From: Syntrophales bacterium
Lineage (GTDB): Bacteria > Desulfobacterota > Syntrophia > Syntrophales > UBA6807
DNA: 64,000 nucleotides
Direction of reading: 5' to 3'
Assembly: GCA_040767195.1 (NCBI GenBank)
Contig: JAXGPA010000002.1
Coordinates: 306,111-370,110 of the forward strand
Part shown: in pieces, positions 40,897-49,508 of the stretch
Position numbering within the stretch: the stretch's first letter is position 1
How the letters are laid out: the number at the start of each line of letters is the position of its first letter
Notes under the pieces: generated by a model
Told to the model about the DNA's origin: nothing
Seen by the model: the letters and a program-made list of their open reading frames with translations, nothing else
Databases searched by the model: none
Translations under genes and position numbers: made by a program

Positions 40897-41806
40897 GATC
40901 CCGATCTCCTCCACCTTTTGTCCGGTCAGCGGCTTTCCCGCCTTTCCGGCGGGCTCCTGGCCCCGGGATCAGCGCGTGGGTCCCCAGGGGAACCCCAGCA
41001 TGGGCCGCAATGACGGGGCATTTCGCCCGAAACAGGAAAAAAATGTTGTGCCCTTCCTCGCTCAGCGTTTCAAAGTTTCCCTGACCCTTGGCCAGGATCA
41101 GGTCGGCCTCGGCAAAACGGCGTCTGAATGTTTCGTGACAGTCATGGAGCACGGTCCCCGGGGCGTCGGAACCGTTGTCGATAATCTCAACGATTTCCTC
41201 GAGACCCACCGCCAGGGCATCGGCCCGGGTGGCGTCGTTAATGACCGGGCCCCCCCGGACCGCCACGGTCACCCGTTCCGGTGACAGCTCTTCAATGAGC
41301 AGCCGGTCGAAGGCGATCTCCCCCGCGTTGTCGGCGAGATACAGAATCCGCCGGGCATCACCGACGGCCCTGCGGAACCCCTCGTGGTCGCCGTCAAAAG
41401 AATCCTCGAGGGCCTCCGCGACGGATGCGTGCACTTCCGAATCCTTCACCCCGCCTTTCACGCCCAGGTCGATGATGTTGCCCGCGATGGCAAGGCGCGC
41501 CGCCGTCATGAGGGGGTCAGCGGCGGCCGCGACCCGCTCCTTCAGTTCGTGGAAAAGACGGAGAGCCATGCGGTTCTGCCGGTCTTTCGTCACCCGGTAC
41601 GGGTCTTCGCTGCCGACGATTTCCCTCAGCCGCCGGTGAATGCGCTGCCCCATGGCAGGAGCGGTCTGGTCCATGTCCATTTCGGCGGCCCAGAGCAGGA
41701 CCTCCCGGAGAATACGCTCGTGTATGCCCGGGTCCGGTGATACCAGCCTGGCGGCATCCAGGGCCTGGCGGACGAAACAGGGAATGCAGTCGAGAGATAT
41801 TTTCAC
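40883..41806 (-). CDS. DUF89 / ARMT1-like damage-control phosphatase
   Basis: DCIPCFVRQ, DPY, AIAGNIID, ADNAGE, INDAT, AKGQGNFETL, KCPV. Confidence 0.9.
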   Translation of the reverse strand: MKISLDCIPCFVRQALDAARLVSPDPGIHERILREVLLWAAEMDMDQTAPAMGQRIHRRLREIVGSEDPYRVTKDRQNRMALRLFHELKERVAAAADPLMTAARLAIAGNIIDLGVKGGVKDSEVHASVAEALEDSFDGDHEGFRRAVGDARRILYLADNAGEIAFDRLLIEELSPERVTVAVRGGPVINDATRADALAVGLEEIVEIIDNGSDAPGTVLHDCHETFRRRFAEADLILAKGQGNFETLSEEGHNIFFLFRAKCPVIAAHAGVPLGTHALIPGPGARRKGGKAADRTKGGGDRDHADL

Positions 41807-41906
41807 GTTTTGCCCATGGCCTTCGCTGAAGAAGTCGCACCAGGGGGAAGCGGCCGGACCAATTTCTTATTCAGCACGGCCGCCACACCCGTGATTCATT
41901 AAAAAA

Positions 41907-42314
41907 TCAGGCTTCACGGCCTGCTTCCACCTCGTCGAGGCGTTTTTTCACGGCGTCAAGCTCCGCCTGGAGGACTTCGGCCTGGGTTTTCAGCGCCTGC
42001 CTCTCCTGTTCCGGATCGGGGTCCTGCCAGGGCGCCGGGTACCCGTAAGGCGCGGCGTACCCGCCGTATGCCGGCCCGCCGGGGAAACCGGCACCGTAAA
42101 ACCGGCTGTGCCAGCCCCAGCCGCCGCCAAACCCGCGGCCGAATCCACGGCCGAATCCACGGCCGAATCCACGACCACCTCCGAAACCCATCCCGAACCC
42201 GCGTCCGGGACCAGGATTCACGTATCCCGGAACACCGAATCCGGCACAATACCCGGCGGCCCGTCCCGTCCTCGGACCCAGGCCGGCCGGTCCTGTTCTA
42301 TCTCCTCTTGGCAT
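41907..42314 (-). CDS. DUF5320-family Gly/Arg-rich protein
   Basis: MPRGDRTGP.G.GPRTGR..GYC, RGFG repeats, C-terminal coiled coil. Confidence 0.85.
   Translation of the reverse strand: MPRGDRTGPAGLGPRTGRAAGYCAGFGVPGYVNPGPGRGFGMGFGGGRGFGRGFGRGFGRGFGGGWGWHSRFYGAGFPGGPAYGGYAAPYGYPAPWQDPDPEQERQALKTQAEVLQAELDAVKKRLDEVEAGREA
42136..42173. repeat. 12-bp tandem repeat CGGCCGAATCCA x3 (encodes GFGR repeats)
   Basis: Three exact copies at 42136, 42148 and 42160. Confidence 0.9.
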
Positions 42315-42360
42315 GATTGTTTCCTCCTCTCATATCTTTTTTTTACACTCGTTCACTTTT

Positions 42361-42984
42361 TTACTCCCTCATGAGGGCGGTGCCGCAATTCGGGCAGGTT
42401 CGCTCGACGCAGGGCAACCCCCGTGCGTGAGGCTCCCGGTGTCCGCACTGCGGACAGACGCAATATCCTGAAGGCCCCGCTGCCAGGGGACCGCCCATCC
42501 GGCCGGGCCGCCGGCCTCCCGGGCCCTGACCTCTGCCGCCGCCTGCGCCCTGGGCGCCTCCGCCTCCAGGGCCCATTCCACGACCTCTTCCTCTCATGGT
42601 ACTCACCTCCTCGTAAACAGCATGTGCCCCCCTGAATCGCCGCCCCCGCCCCTGGCATCCCGGCATGGCGAAGACGCCGGCGCCGAGCCGGCCCCGTTGC
42701 CAGGCTTCGATAACCTCTTCCAGGTTACCGGCCATGAAGGGTATGACCCGGATGCCGTAGGCGGTGACAAGTCCGTGCATGGGCCTCGAAATGGCGCCGC
42801 ACACCAGGGTGCCGATTCCGAGTTCAACGAGCCGGAGGGCCTTCTGAACCATCAGCTCCTGGAAAATCCTTTCCTCCGTCTCGGCGACGATCCGCCCGGA
42901 CCGGGTCTCGACCACGCGAATCCGACGGGCCGTGTCAAAAACAGGGGCGATGCGATGATCCCAGTGGGGAAATGCCGTTTTCAT
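42361..42984 (-). CDS. NifB/NifX-family (Fe-Mo cofactor-binding / ORP-like) domain fused to a Gly-rich linker and Cys-rich C-terminal domain
   Basis: RIAPVFDTA, LVCGAIS, MPGC; tail CVCPQCG..CVERTCPNCG; start at ATG 42984 downstream of the sigma54 site. Confidence 0.85.
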   Translation of the reverse strand: MKTAFPHWDHRIAPVFDTARRIRVVETRSGRIVAETEERIFQELMVQKALRLVELGIGTLVCGAISRPMHGLVTAYGIRVIPFMAGNLEEVIEAWQRGRLGAGVFAMPGCQGRGRRFRGAHAVYEEVSTMRGRGRGMGPGGGGAQGAGGGRGQGPGGRRPGRMGGPLAAGPSGYCVCPQCGHREPHARGLPCVERTCPNCGTALMRE

Positions 42985-43019
42985 TTCTCGCTTCCCGGTC
43001 TGCCTTTGCTTTTTTATAT

Positions 43020-43035
43020 TGCCAAAACCGTGCCA
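43020..43035 (-). promoter_or_regulatory. Sigma54 (-24/-12) promoter TGGCACGGTTTTGGCA
   Basis: TGGCAC plus GG-N10-GC spacing, about 35 bp upstream of the NifX-family ATG and next to a sigma54 activator gene. Confidence 0.8.
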
Positions 43036-43062
43036 AGAGGGCATGTCGACGACAGCGTAACA

Positions 43063-43075
43063 CATCTACTTGATT
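43063..43075 (-). promoter_or_regulatory. IHF-like site AATCAAGTAGATG
   Basis: One mismatch to WATCAANNNNTTR; lies between the putative UAS and the sigma54 promoter with an AT-rich flank. Confidence 0.5.
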
Positions 43076-43122
43076 ATATTAGGAATAATACGAGTGAAGG
43101 GAGAAGGGCGAAACATCTTACC

Positions 43123-43171
43123 GTTGCTTTTATGCACCTTTATATCTAATATACAGGTGCAGTACCGCTAC
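43123..43171. promoter_or_regulatory. Tandem enhancer-like (UAS) dyads GTTGC-N6-GCACC and GGTGC-N6-GCTAC
   Basis: Two 16-bp imperfect palindromes at 43123-43138 and 43156-43171 with centres 33 bp apart. Confidence 0.6.
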
Positions 43172-44556
43172 TTAAATTTCTTCCGGCCTGCGCGGCCGTC
43201 TTTGGCCGGGCGGGAAATGCCCAGTTTTTTCATTTTCCGGTAAAGGGTCGTCTTGTGAATGCCCAGGTCCCGGGCCGCCGCCAGGCGGTTGTAGCCGTTT
43301 CGCTCGAGGGCGGCGCGAATGGCCTGGGCGTCCAGGATATCGTGGGCGGACCGCATGCCCGCTTCCGGCCCGGCGCTCCCCCGGCGGCCGGTCACTTCCC
43401 GGGGAAGATGGGGCAGGCCGATGGTCCCGTCGTCCACGAGAATGAAAGCACGTTCGATGGCGTTTTCCAGTTCCCGGATGTTGCCCGGCCAGTCGTAGGC
43501 CATGAGGAGAGACAACGCTTCCGGGGTAATCCCCGAAACATTTTTCCCCTGGAGGTGGTTGAACCGGGCAATGAACTGGTCCGCCAGGAGGGGAATGTCC
43601 TCTTTCCGGCGTCTCAACGGGGGCAATTCGAGACGGACCACGTTGACCCGGTAGTAAAGATCCTCCCGGAAGAGCCCGCTGCGGACACGCTCCGCGAGGT
43701 CCTCGTTGGTGGCGGCGATGACCCTGACATCGGCCGTCTCCGAGCGGGTCGACCCCAGGGGTTCGTATGTCCGATCCTGCAAAACCCGAAGAAGACGGAC
43801 CTGGAGCGCCGGGGACACTTCGCTGATCTCGTCGAGAAAGAGGGTCCCCCCGTCCGCCAGGGCGAAACGTCCCGGTTTGTCCTTCCGGGCGCCGGTAAAG
43901 GCGCCGGCCTTGTAGCCGAACAGTTCCGACTCGAGGAGCGTGTCGGGCAGGGCCCCGCAGTTGACGGCGACGAAAGGCCCCCGATTGCGGGGACTGAGCG
44001 AATGGATTGTCCGGGCCACCAGCTCCTTTCCCGTCCCCGTTTCCCCGAGGATGAGAACCGTGCTGGGGCTCGCGGCGACGGCGGGGAGAACCTCGAACAG
44101 CCGCTGCATCAGGGGGCTTCGGCTCGTCAGGTCGCCCGCCCGGAACTTTCCTTCCAGCTCCCGGCGAAGCGTCTCGACTTCCGTGAGATCGCGAAACGTC
44201 TCGGCGCCTCCGATCACGCGTCCTTCCCCGTCCCGGAGAACGGCGGTGGAAACGCTGATGGGAATACGGTCCCCATCGGCGTCGATGATATAGCCCGACC
44301 GGCCGACGACGGGTTTCCCCGTCTTCAGGGTCTTCTGAAGGGCGCAGTCGGATCCGCACATGCTCGAACGAAGCACATCGGAACAGCGCCGGCCGATTGC
44401 CTCCCGGCGGGACACCCCGGTGATCTCCTCGGCGGCCCGGTTGAACGACGTGATCCGCCACTGCCCGTCCACGGTGAACACGCCGTCGGAGATACTCTCG
44501 AGAATCGCCTCCGTGGCCGCCGGGATCAGCTTGTTTTCATCCTTTTTTTTCTTCAT
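43168..44556 (-). CDS. PAS-domain sigma54-dependent transcriptional activator (OrpR-like)
   Basis: PAS with CSDVLRSSMCGSDC (Cx8Cx3C), GETGTGKE, ESELFG, GAFTGA, FLDEI, WPGNIREL, Fis-type HTH; start at MKKKKDEN. Confidence 0.93.
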   Translation of the reverse strand: MKKKKDENKLIPAATEAILESISDGVFTVDGQWRITSFNRAAEEITGVSRREAIGRRCSDVLRSSMCGSDCALQKTLKTGKPVVGRSGYIIDADGDRIPISVSTAVLRDGEGRVIGGAETFRDLTEVETLRRELEGKFRAGDLTSRSPLMQRLFEVLPAVAASPSTVLILGETGTGKELVARTIHSLSPRNRGPFVAVNCGALPDTLLESELFGYKAGAFTGARKDKPGRFALADGGTLFLDEISEVSPALQVRLLRVLQDRTYEPLGSTRSETADVRVIAATNEDLAERVRSGLFREDLYYRVNVVRLELPPLRRRKEDIPLLADQFIARFNHLQGKNVSGITPEALSLLMAYDWPGNIRELENAIERAFILVDDGTIGLPHLPREVTGRRGSAGPEAGMRSAHDILDAQAIRAALERNGYNRLAAARDLGIHKTTLYRKMKKLGISRPAKDGRAGRKKFK

Positions 44557-44635
44557 TACCGTGTGTCCGCGGAAAGTTCCGGCTCTTCCTGCTTCAAAAA
44601 GGGCAGAACCGCCCGGCGACTGACGGCTCCGAAGG

Positions 44636-45280
44636 TTACACCGCCTCGAAGAGAAGACCCAGGAATCCCGCTTCGGGAACGATCCCCCGCTCGATCCGCA
44701 ACACCCCCTGGGGACTTTCCCCCGGCTTCCAGAAAAGGGTGCTCGCCGAATCGACAAGGGAGAATCGGGCGCCTTCCACGAGTTCCACCGTCTCCCGAGC
44801 CGTCCGGAACCGGGCCGCTGAATAAACGGGGTGGCCCCGGGAGGCTTTGTCGCCGTATTCCCTCCCCCAGGGGCTGTCGGCCGGGACGATCCCGAGGAGA
44901 AAAAAGCCGCCCCGGCGGAGGATCCTCCGGCACTCCCCGAGAGCCTGCCGGGCATCGTCAACGAAACAGAGGGTCACCACCATGAGAACGCCGTCCCGGG
45001 AATCCGCCTCAAAGGGAAGGTTTTCAGCGGAACCCGTGTAGGTCCTGATGCCGCGCCGGGCGGCGATCTCGAGCATCCGCGGCGAGGGATCGAGCCCCTC
45101 CGATACCCCCAGGAAAGCGGCGAACCGGCCGGTGCCGACACCGATTTCCAGCCACCGTCCCTCAAATTCACTATGAAGCTTACGGAGACATTCCCGCTCC
45201 GCGTGAAAAATATCCCGCCCTTCCGGCGAGTCGTACCACCCGTCATAGGCATCGGCTATGGGATCAAATACGCCTGTCAT
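44636..45280 (-). CDS. Class I SAM-dependent methyltransferase (Methyltransf_11-like)
   Basis: FD..A..YD.WY, LEIGVGTGRF, GLDPS, AENLPF, TLCFVDD. Confidence 0.9.
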   Translation of the reverse strand: MTGVFDPIADAYDGWYDSPEGRDIFHAERECLRKLHSEFEGRWLEIGVGTGRFAAFLGVSEGLDPSPRMLEIAARRGIRTYTGSAENLPFEADSRDGVLMVVTLCFVDDARQALGECRRILRRGGFFLLGIVPADSPWGREYGDKASRGHPVYSAARFRTARETVELVEGARFSLVDSASTLFWKPGESPQGVLRIERGIVPEAGFLGLLFEAV

Positions 45281-45284
45281 GTCA

Positions 45285-45424
45285 ATCGACCTTTCCGAAA
45301 TGCGCGGCGGGACCCGGAACCGCCGGTTTCGCCGGACCGGCGGCTTGAAATCCTCATTGAACGCGGCTCCGTCGCGTCGCCACGATAAACGGGATTGCCT
45401 TTTGCGGACCTTTCGATGATTACG
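45285..45424 (-). ncRNA. Candidate structured 5' leader (cis-regulatory RNA), family not recognised
   Basis: About 145 nt between promoter and ATG; hairpin with GNRA loop (45399-45365) and 9-bp stem (45344-45319). Confidence 0.35.
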
Positions 45425-45430
45425 TGAAGT

Positions 45431-45459
45431 AATTTATAGATCTGTCCGGTTCCTGTCAA
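45431..45459 (-). promoter_or_regulatory. Sigma70 promoter TTGACA-N17-TAAATT for the methyltransferase gene
   Basis: Consensus -35, 17-bp spacer, TAnnnT -10. Confidence 0.7.
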
Positions 45460-45585
45460 CGGGGGCAGACATTTCTTTTCAGGCCATTCATCGACGGAAA
45501 TGGCTCTCCAGCCCCGGGCCGTAAGCCTTGACATGTCTCATGATTTTTTTCATAGTATTGGAATATTTGAAAAACGAGGTGAACC

Positions 45586-46728
45586 ATGAATGCCGAAAAC
45601 GCATCCGGTCCCTTTGGCGACCGGTTTGATCCGAAGGACGGCTCCGCGACCATGCGGGCCGTGGTCACCATGGGCAACGGCGGATACGACAGGCTCCGGT
45701 ACCGCGTTGTGCCCCGGCCGACGCCCGGACCGGGAGAGGCGCTCCTCCAGGTCCTCGCCGCCGGCGTCAACAACACGGAAATCAACACGCGCATCGGGTG
45801 GTACTCTTCCTCCGTGACGGCGGACACGGAAAGCGCCGCCGCCACGGAGGAGCGGGAGGCGACAGCCAAGGCGGACGGGGGATGGAACGAGGCGACGCCC
45901 TTCCCCTTCATCCAGGGCACGGACTGCTGCGGCCGGGTGGTCGCCGTCGGGCCGGGCGGCGACGAAAGCGCCGTCGGGTCCCGGGCCCTGGTCCGGTCCT
46001 GCATGCGTCTCCACGGCTTTTCTTCCCTGGAGAATATCTGGATGGGTTCGGACTTCGACGGGGCCTTCGCCCAGTTCGTCAAAGTGCCCGCCGGAGAGGT
46101 CTTCGCCGTGGACTGCGACTGGACCGACGTCGAACTGGCCACGATTCCCTGCGCCTACGGGACGGCGGAAAACATGATTCACCGCGCCGGGGTCCGGAAA
46201 GGGGATCACGTCCTCGTCACCGGGGCGTCGGGGGGCGTGGGGTCGGCCGCCGTCCAACTGGCGAGGCGCCGCGGCGCCTTCGTGACGGCCGTGGCGGGAA
46301 AGGCCAAGATCCCCCAGGTGCAGTCCCTGGGGGTCGACCGCGTCCTCCCCCGGGGCGAAGACATCCTCGCCGCCCTGGGCGCGAAATCGGTGGACGTGGT
46401 GGTGGACAACGTGGCAGGGCCGGCCTTCGGGGGCCTTCTCGAGGTTTTGAAGCGGGGCGGGAAATACGTCTCTTCGGGGGCCATCGGCGGGCCCCTGGTG
46501 ACCTTCGACATGCGGACCTTTTATTTGAAGGACCTCACCCTTATCGGCTGCACAGCCTGGGACGAACCGGTCTTCCCGAACCTGGTCTCCTACATCGAGG
46601 GCGGCGAAATCAGGCCCCTTGTGGCAAGGACGTTTCCCCTCGAAAAGATCGCCGAGGCCCAGCGGGAATTCCTGGAGAAGAAGCATTTCGGCAACTTCGT
46701 CCTCGTCCCCCCGCCGCCGGAAACGTAG
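45586..46728 (+). CDS. Medium-chain dehydrogenase/reductase (alcohol dehydrogenase / quinone reductase family)
   Basis: AAGVNNTE, PFIQGTD, DGAFAQF, VTGASGGVGSAAVQLA; SD GAGGTGA. Confidence 0.9.
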   Translation: MNAENASGPFGDRFDPKDGSATMRAVVTMGNGGYDRLRYRVVPRPTPGPGEALLQVLAAGVNNTEINTRIGWYSSSVTADTESAAATEEREATAKADGGWNEATPFPFIQGTDCCGRVVAVGPGGDESAVGSRALVRSCMRLHGFSSLENIWMGSDFDGAFAQFVKVPAGEVFAVDCDWTDVELATIPCAYGTAENMIHRAGVRKGDHVLVTGASGGVGSAAVQLARRRGAFVTAVAGKAKIPQVQSLGVDRVLPRGEDILAALGAKSVDVVVDNVAGPAFGGLLEVLKRGGKYVSSGAIGGPLVTFDMRTFYLKDLTLIGCTAWDEPVFPNLVSYIEGGEIRPLVARTFPLEKIAEAQREFLEKKHFGNFVLVPPPPET

Positions 46729-46887
46729 CGGCAGGGTTCCGGATCAAGCGCCCCGTCACGGTCCGCTCTTCGCGTCGTTGAAGAATTTTCTGCAATTCAT
46801 CGGGAAATCCCGGGCCGGGCGCCCTTCCGGTTCCGTGAAGATCGGGCACGGCGGACCTTGCTCGATGATCCGATCCCCATAAAGACT

Positions 46888-47901
46888 CTAAATCCACACG
46901 CCGTCGATGGGGGCGCCGCAGGCAGGACACCGGCCGTCCACAAGGTTCACCTGGACCGCCGACCCCGCGTTTCTTCTGACAATCATCTTTCTGCAGCGGA
47001 AGCAGGAGGTGTGGCTGTCCTCACCGACGTTCCCCAGATAAACATAGCGCAGGCCATGCCGTTTCCCGATGGCCTGGGCCTTTTCCAGGGTCTCCAGGGG
47101 TGTCGCCCCGTGTTCCGTGAACCGGTAATCGGGATGAAAGCGGCTGATGTGCCAGGGAATTTCCACGCCCACCGAGGCGATGAACCGGGCGATTCCCTCC
47201 AGCTGGCTTTCATCGTCGTTTTCACCGGGGATGACGAGGGTCGTCACCTCCACCCAGACGCCCCGTTCCTTCATGTGCCGGATGGTCGCCAGGACCGGCT
47301 CGAGACGGCCCTTGCAGACCTTCCTGTAGAAATCGTCGCTCCAGGCCTTCAGATCCACGTTGGCGGCATCCAGGCAGGGGGCGATCCTGTCCAGGGCCTG
47401 GCGGGACATGTACCCGTTGGTCACGAAAACATTGCGGATGCCCGCGTCCCTGGCCAGGGAAGCGGTTTCCCAGGCATATTCGAAGAAGATCGTCGGCTCC
47501 GTGTAGGTGTAGGAAATGCTGGCGCACCGGGCGCGGTTCGCCTCCTCGACCACGTCTTCGGGGGGAAACCACCGGCCCGGAAGGGATTCGCCATCCCCCG
47601 CGCCCGAAAGCTGGGAGATCTGCCAGTTCTGGCAGAAGCCGCAGTGAAAGTTGCATCCCACCGTGGCAATGGAAAAACTGCGGGACCCCGGCAGGAAGTG
47701 ATAGAGGGGTTTTTTCTCGATGGGGTCGACGTTCCGGGAAATGGCCTTTCCGAACACCAGGGTGTAAAGGGTGCCGTCACGGTTCACGCGGACGCCGCAG
47801 AAACCCGTCCTGCCCGGTGCGATTTTACATTCGTGGGCGCACAGGCGGCAGTGCACCCTCCCGTTTTCCCGTTTTTCATAAAGCATGGCCTCTTTGTCCA
47901 T
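46888..47901 (-). CDS. amrS: AmmeMemoRadiSam system radical SAM enzyme
   Basis: CRLCAHEC, DPIEKKPLYHF, GCNFHCGFCQNWQISQ, YTYTEPT, HISRFHP, YVYLGNV, C-terminal CxxC pairs. Confidence 0.93.
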   Translation of the reverse strand: MDKEAMLYEKRENGRVHCRLCAHECKIAPGRTGFCGVRVNRDGTLYTLVFGKAISRNVDPIEKKPLYHFLPGSRSFSIATVGCNFHCGFCQNWQISQLSGAGDGESLPGRWFPPEDVVEEANRARCASISYTYTEPTIFFEYAWETASLARDAGIRNVFVTNGYMSRQALDRIAPCLDAANVDLKAWSDDFYRKVCKGRLEPVLATIRHMKERGVWVEVTTLVIPGENDDESQLEGIARFIASVGVEIPWHISRFHPDYRFTEHGATPLETLEKAQAIGKRHGLRYVYLGNVGEDSHTSCFRCRKMIVRRNAGSAVQVNLVDGRCPACGAPIDGVWI

Positions 47902-47914
47902 GGTCACCTTTTTT

Positions 47915-48556
47915 TCATGGCCAGCCGTAGGCGCCTTTCAAGGGCACGAAACGGCAACCGCAAAGGTCTTCCTGGAAAAAACCGCCGTCCTCCCGGGTAA
48001 CCCTGATCAATGTCTGACTGTAGCGATCACCCACGGGAATGATCAATCGCCCGCCCTCGGCCATCTGCTCTTTCAGGGGGCCCGGGATCCCCGGGGCGGC
48101 AGCCGTGACGACAATGGCGTCATAGGGCCGGTGGTCCTCCCAGCCCATGGTTCCGTCGTCGATCTTGAAAAAAATGTTTTCATAGCCCAGCGTTTCCAGG
48201 ATGCGCCGGGCCCGGTCGAGAAGATGGGGAAGCCTCTCCACCGTGTAGACCTCCCGGCAGAGTTCGGCCAGGATCGCGGCCTGGTACCCGCTTCCCGTTC
48301 CGACCTCCAGGGTCTTCTCCCCGCCTTCCAGGCTGAGAGCCTCCGTCATGAGCGCGACGATGTAAGGCTGGGAAATGGTCTGATCCTCCCCGATGGGCAG
48401 GGGGCGGTCTTCATAGGCACGGGGGATCATCGCCTTACCGACGAAACGTTCCCTGGGAACGGACCGCATCGCCCGCAGGACCCGGGGATCGGCGATCCCC
48501 CTGGATACGAGTTGCGACCTGACCATGTCCTCTCTCGCAGCGCTGAAATCCACCAT
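47915..48556 (-). CDS. pcm: Protein-L-isoaspartate O-methyltransferase
   Basis: VPRERFV, QTISQPYIVA, LEVGTGSGYQAA, PYDAIVVTAA, RFVPL; start at MVDFSAAR. Confidence 0.95.
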   Translation of the reverse strand: MVDFSAAREDMVRSQLVSRGIADPRVLRAMRSVPRERFVGKAMIPRAYEDRPLPIGEDQTISQPYIVALMTEALSLEGGEKTLEVGTGSGYQAAILAELCREVYTVERLPHLLDRARRILETLGYENIFFKIDDGTMGWEDHRPYDAIVVTAAAPGIPGPLKEQMAEGGRLIIPVGDRYSQTLIRVTREDGGFFQEDLCGCRFVPLKGAYGWP

Positions 48557-49031
48557 ACCCGGCCCCTCCACGATGGACCTTTCGACAGTCACCGGCCCGG
48601 TGACCTCTTCTTCCTGGAATATACCGGCCGGAAGCCGTGGAATGATATAAGGGAAATCCCCCATATTCCCCTTTCAGCCATGCTGTTTGTCTTCGCCGGC
48701 GGAGGAACGCCGTCTCCACGGAAGGGCCGCCCTCTCGAAAGACCACGGGAAACCGGGGGCTGAAAGATCCACACGCCCCGACGTCCTCCGGGTTCGAAGG
48801 AAGGAGAAGGCCGGGGCCCGGCTTCAAATAGGGACAACCGGAGCGGGCAATACACGATCCACCCCATTTAAAAAGACGCCTCGCGGGTGCATCATGAGAT
48901 TGCTTCGATGCCCGCCCTTTCCAGAAATCTTCCGGCGGGACCCGAAGACGAAGAGAGCCTTCGCCGGGCGGGCCGGGCAGGCCGAAATCGTAACCGAAAG
49001 GCTCAAGGGAACGTACAAGGGAGGAAAAATC

Positions 49032-49427
49032 GTGAAAGGAATCGGTGAACAGTACCAGAGCGCGGATTGGAAATCGGAAAAGCACGTCCCCGTCATAGAC
49101 TGCCCCGATGAGGTCAAGGCCGATGAAATGTTCGACGTGACTGTTTCCATGGGAAAGGAGGTGGCCCATCCCAACACGACGGAGCACCACATCCGCTGGA
49201 TTCAGCTTTTCTTCAAGCCCGAGGGGGACAAATTCACATACCAGGTGGGGAACTTCGAATTCACCGCCCACGGCGAAGCTGTGGAGGGGGCCGACAGGGG
49301 ACCCGTTTACACCCACCACGCCGTCGTGACGACCATGAAAACGAAAAAATCGGGGGTCCTCTACGCCACCGCCCTGTGCAACATCCACGGGCTCTGGGAA
49401 TACGCCCGGGAACTCAAGGTCAAATAA
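49032..49427 (+). CDS. Class II superoxide reductase-like protein (neelaredoxin type)
   Basis: EKHVP, HPNTTEHHI, CNIHGLW; GTG start with SD GGAGG. Confidence 0.9.
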   Translation: MKGIGEQYQSADWKSEKHVPVIDCPDEVKADEMFDVTVSMGKEVAHPNTTEHHIRWIQLFFKPEGDKFTYQVGNFEFTAHGEAVEGADRGPVYTHHAVVTTMKTKKSGVLYATALCNIHGLWEYARELKVK

Positions 49428-49508
49428 AGCGTCCGAATCCGGCACCGTCCGGACAGGCACGTATTCGTCATCGTTGACCGGGGGCCCGGAATGAAAAAGG
49501 AGGCGGTC

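Noticed and set aside
42136..42173. Short direct repeats as a mini-CRISPR
   Set aside because: The 12-bp units are contiguous, have no spacers, lie in frame inside a CDS, and no cas genes are present.
45528..45558. MerR-type promoter (TTGACA-N19-TAGTAT) for the MDR dehydrogenase
   Set aside because: No convincing dyad spans the spacer and there is no MerR gene nearby.
48805..48850. CCCGGCTTCAAATAGGG resembling a tRNA-Sec anticodon arm
   Set aside because: The stem is mismatched, with no downstream T-arm (GTTCGA), acceptor stem or CCA.
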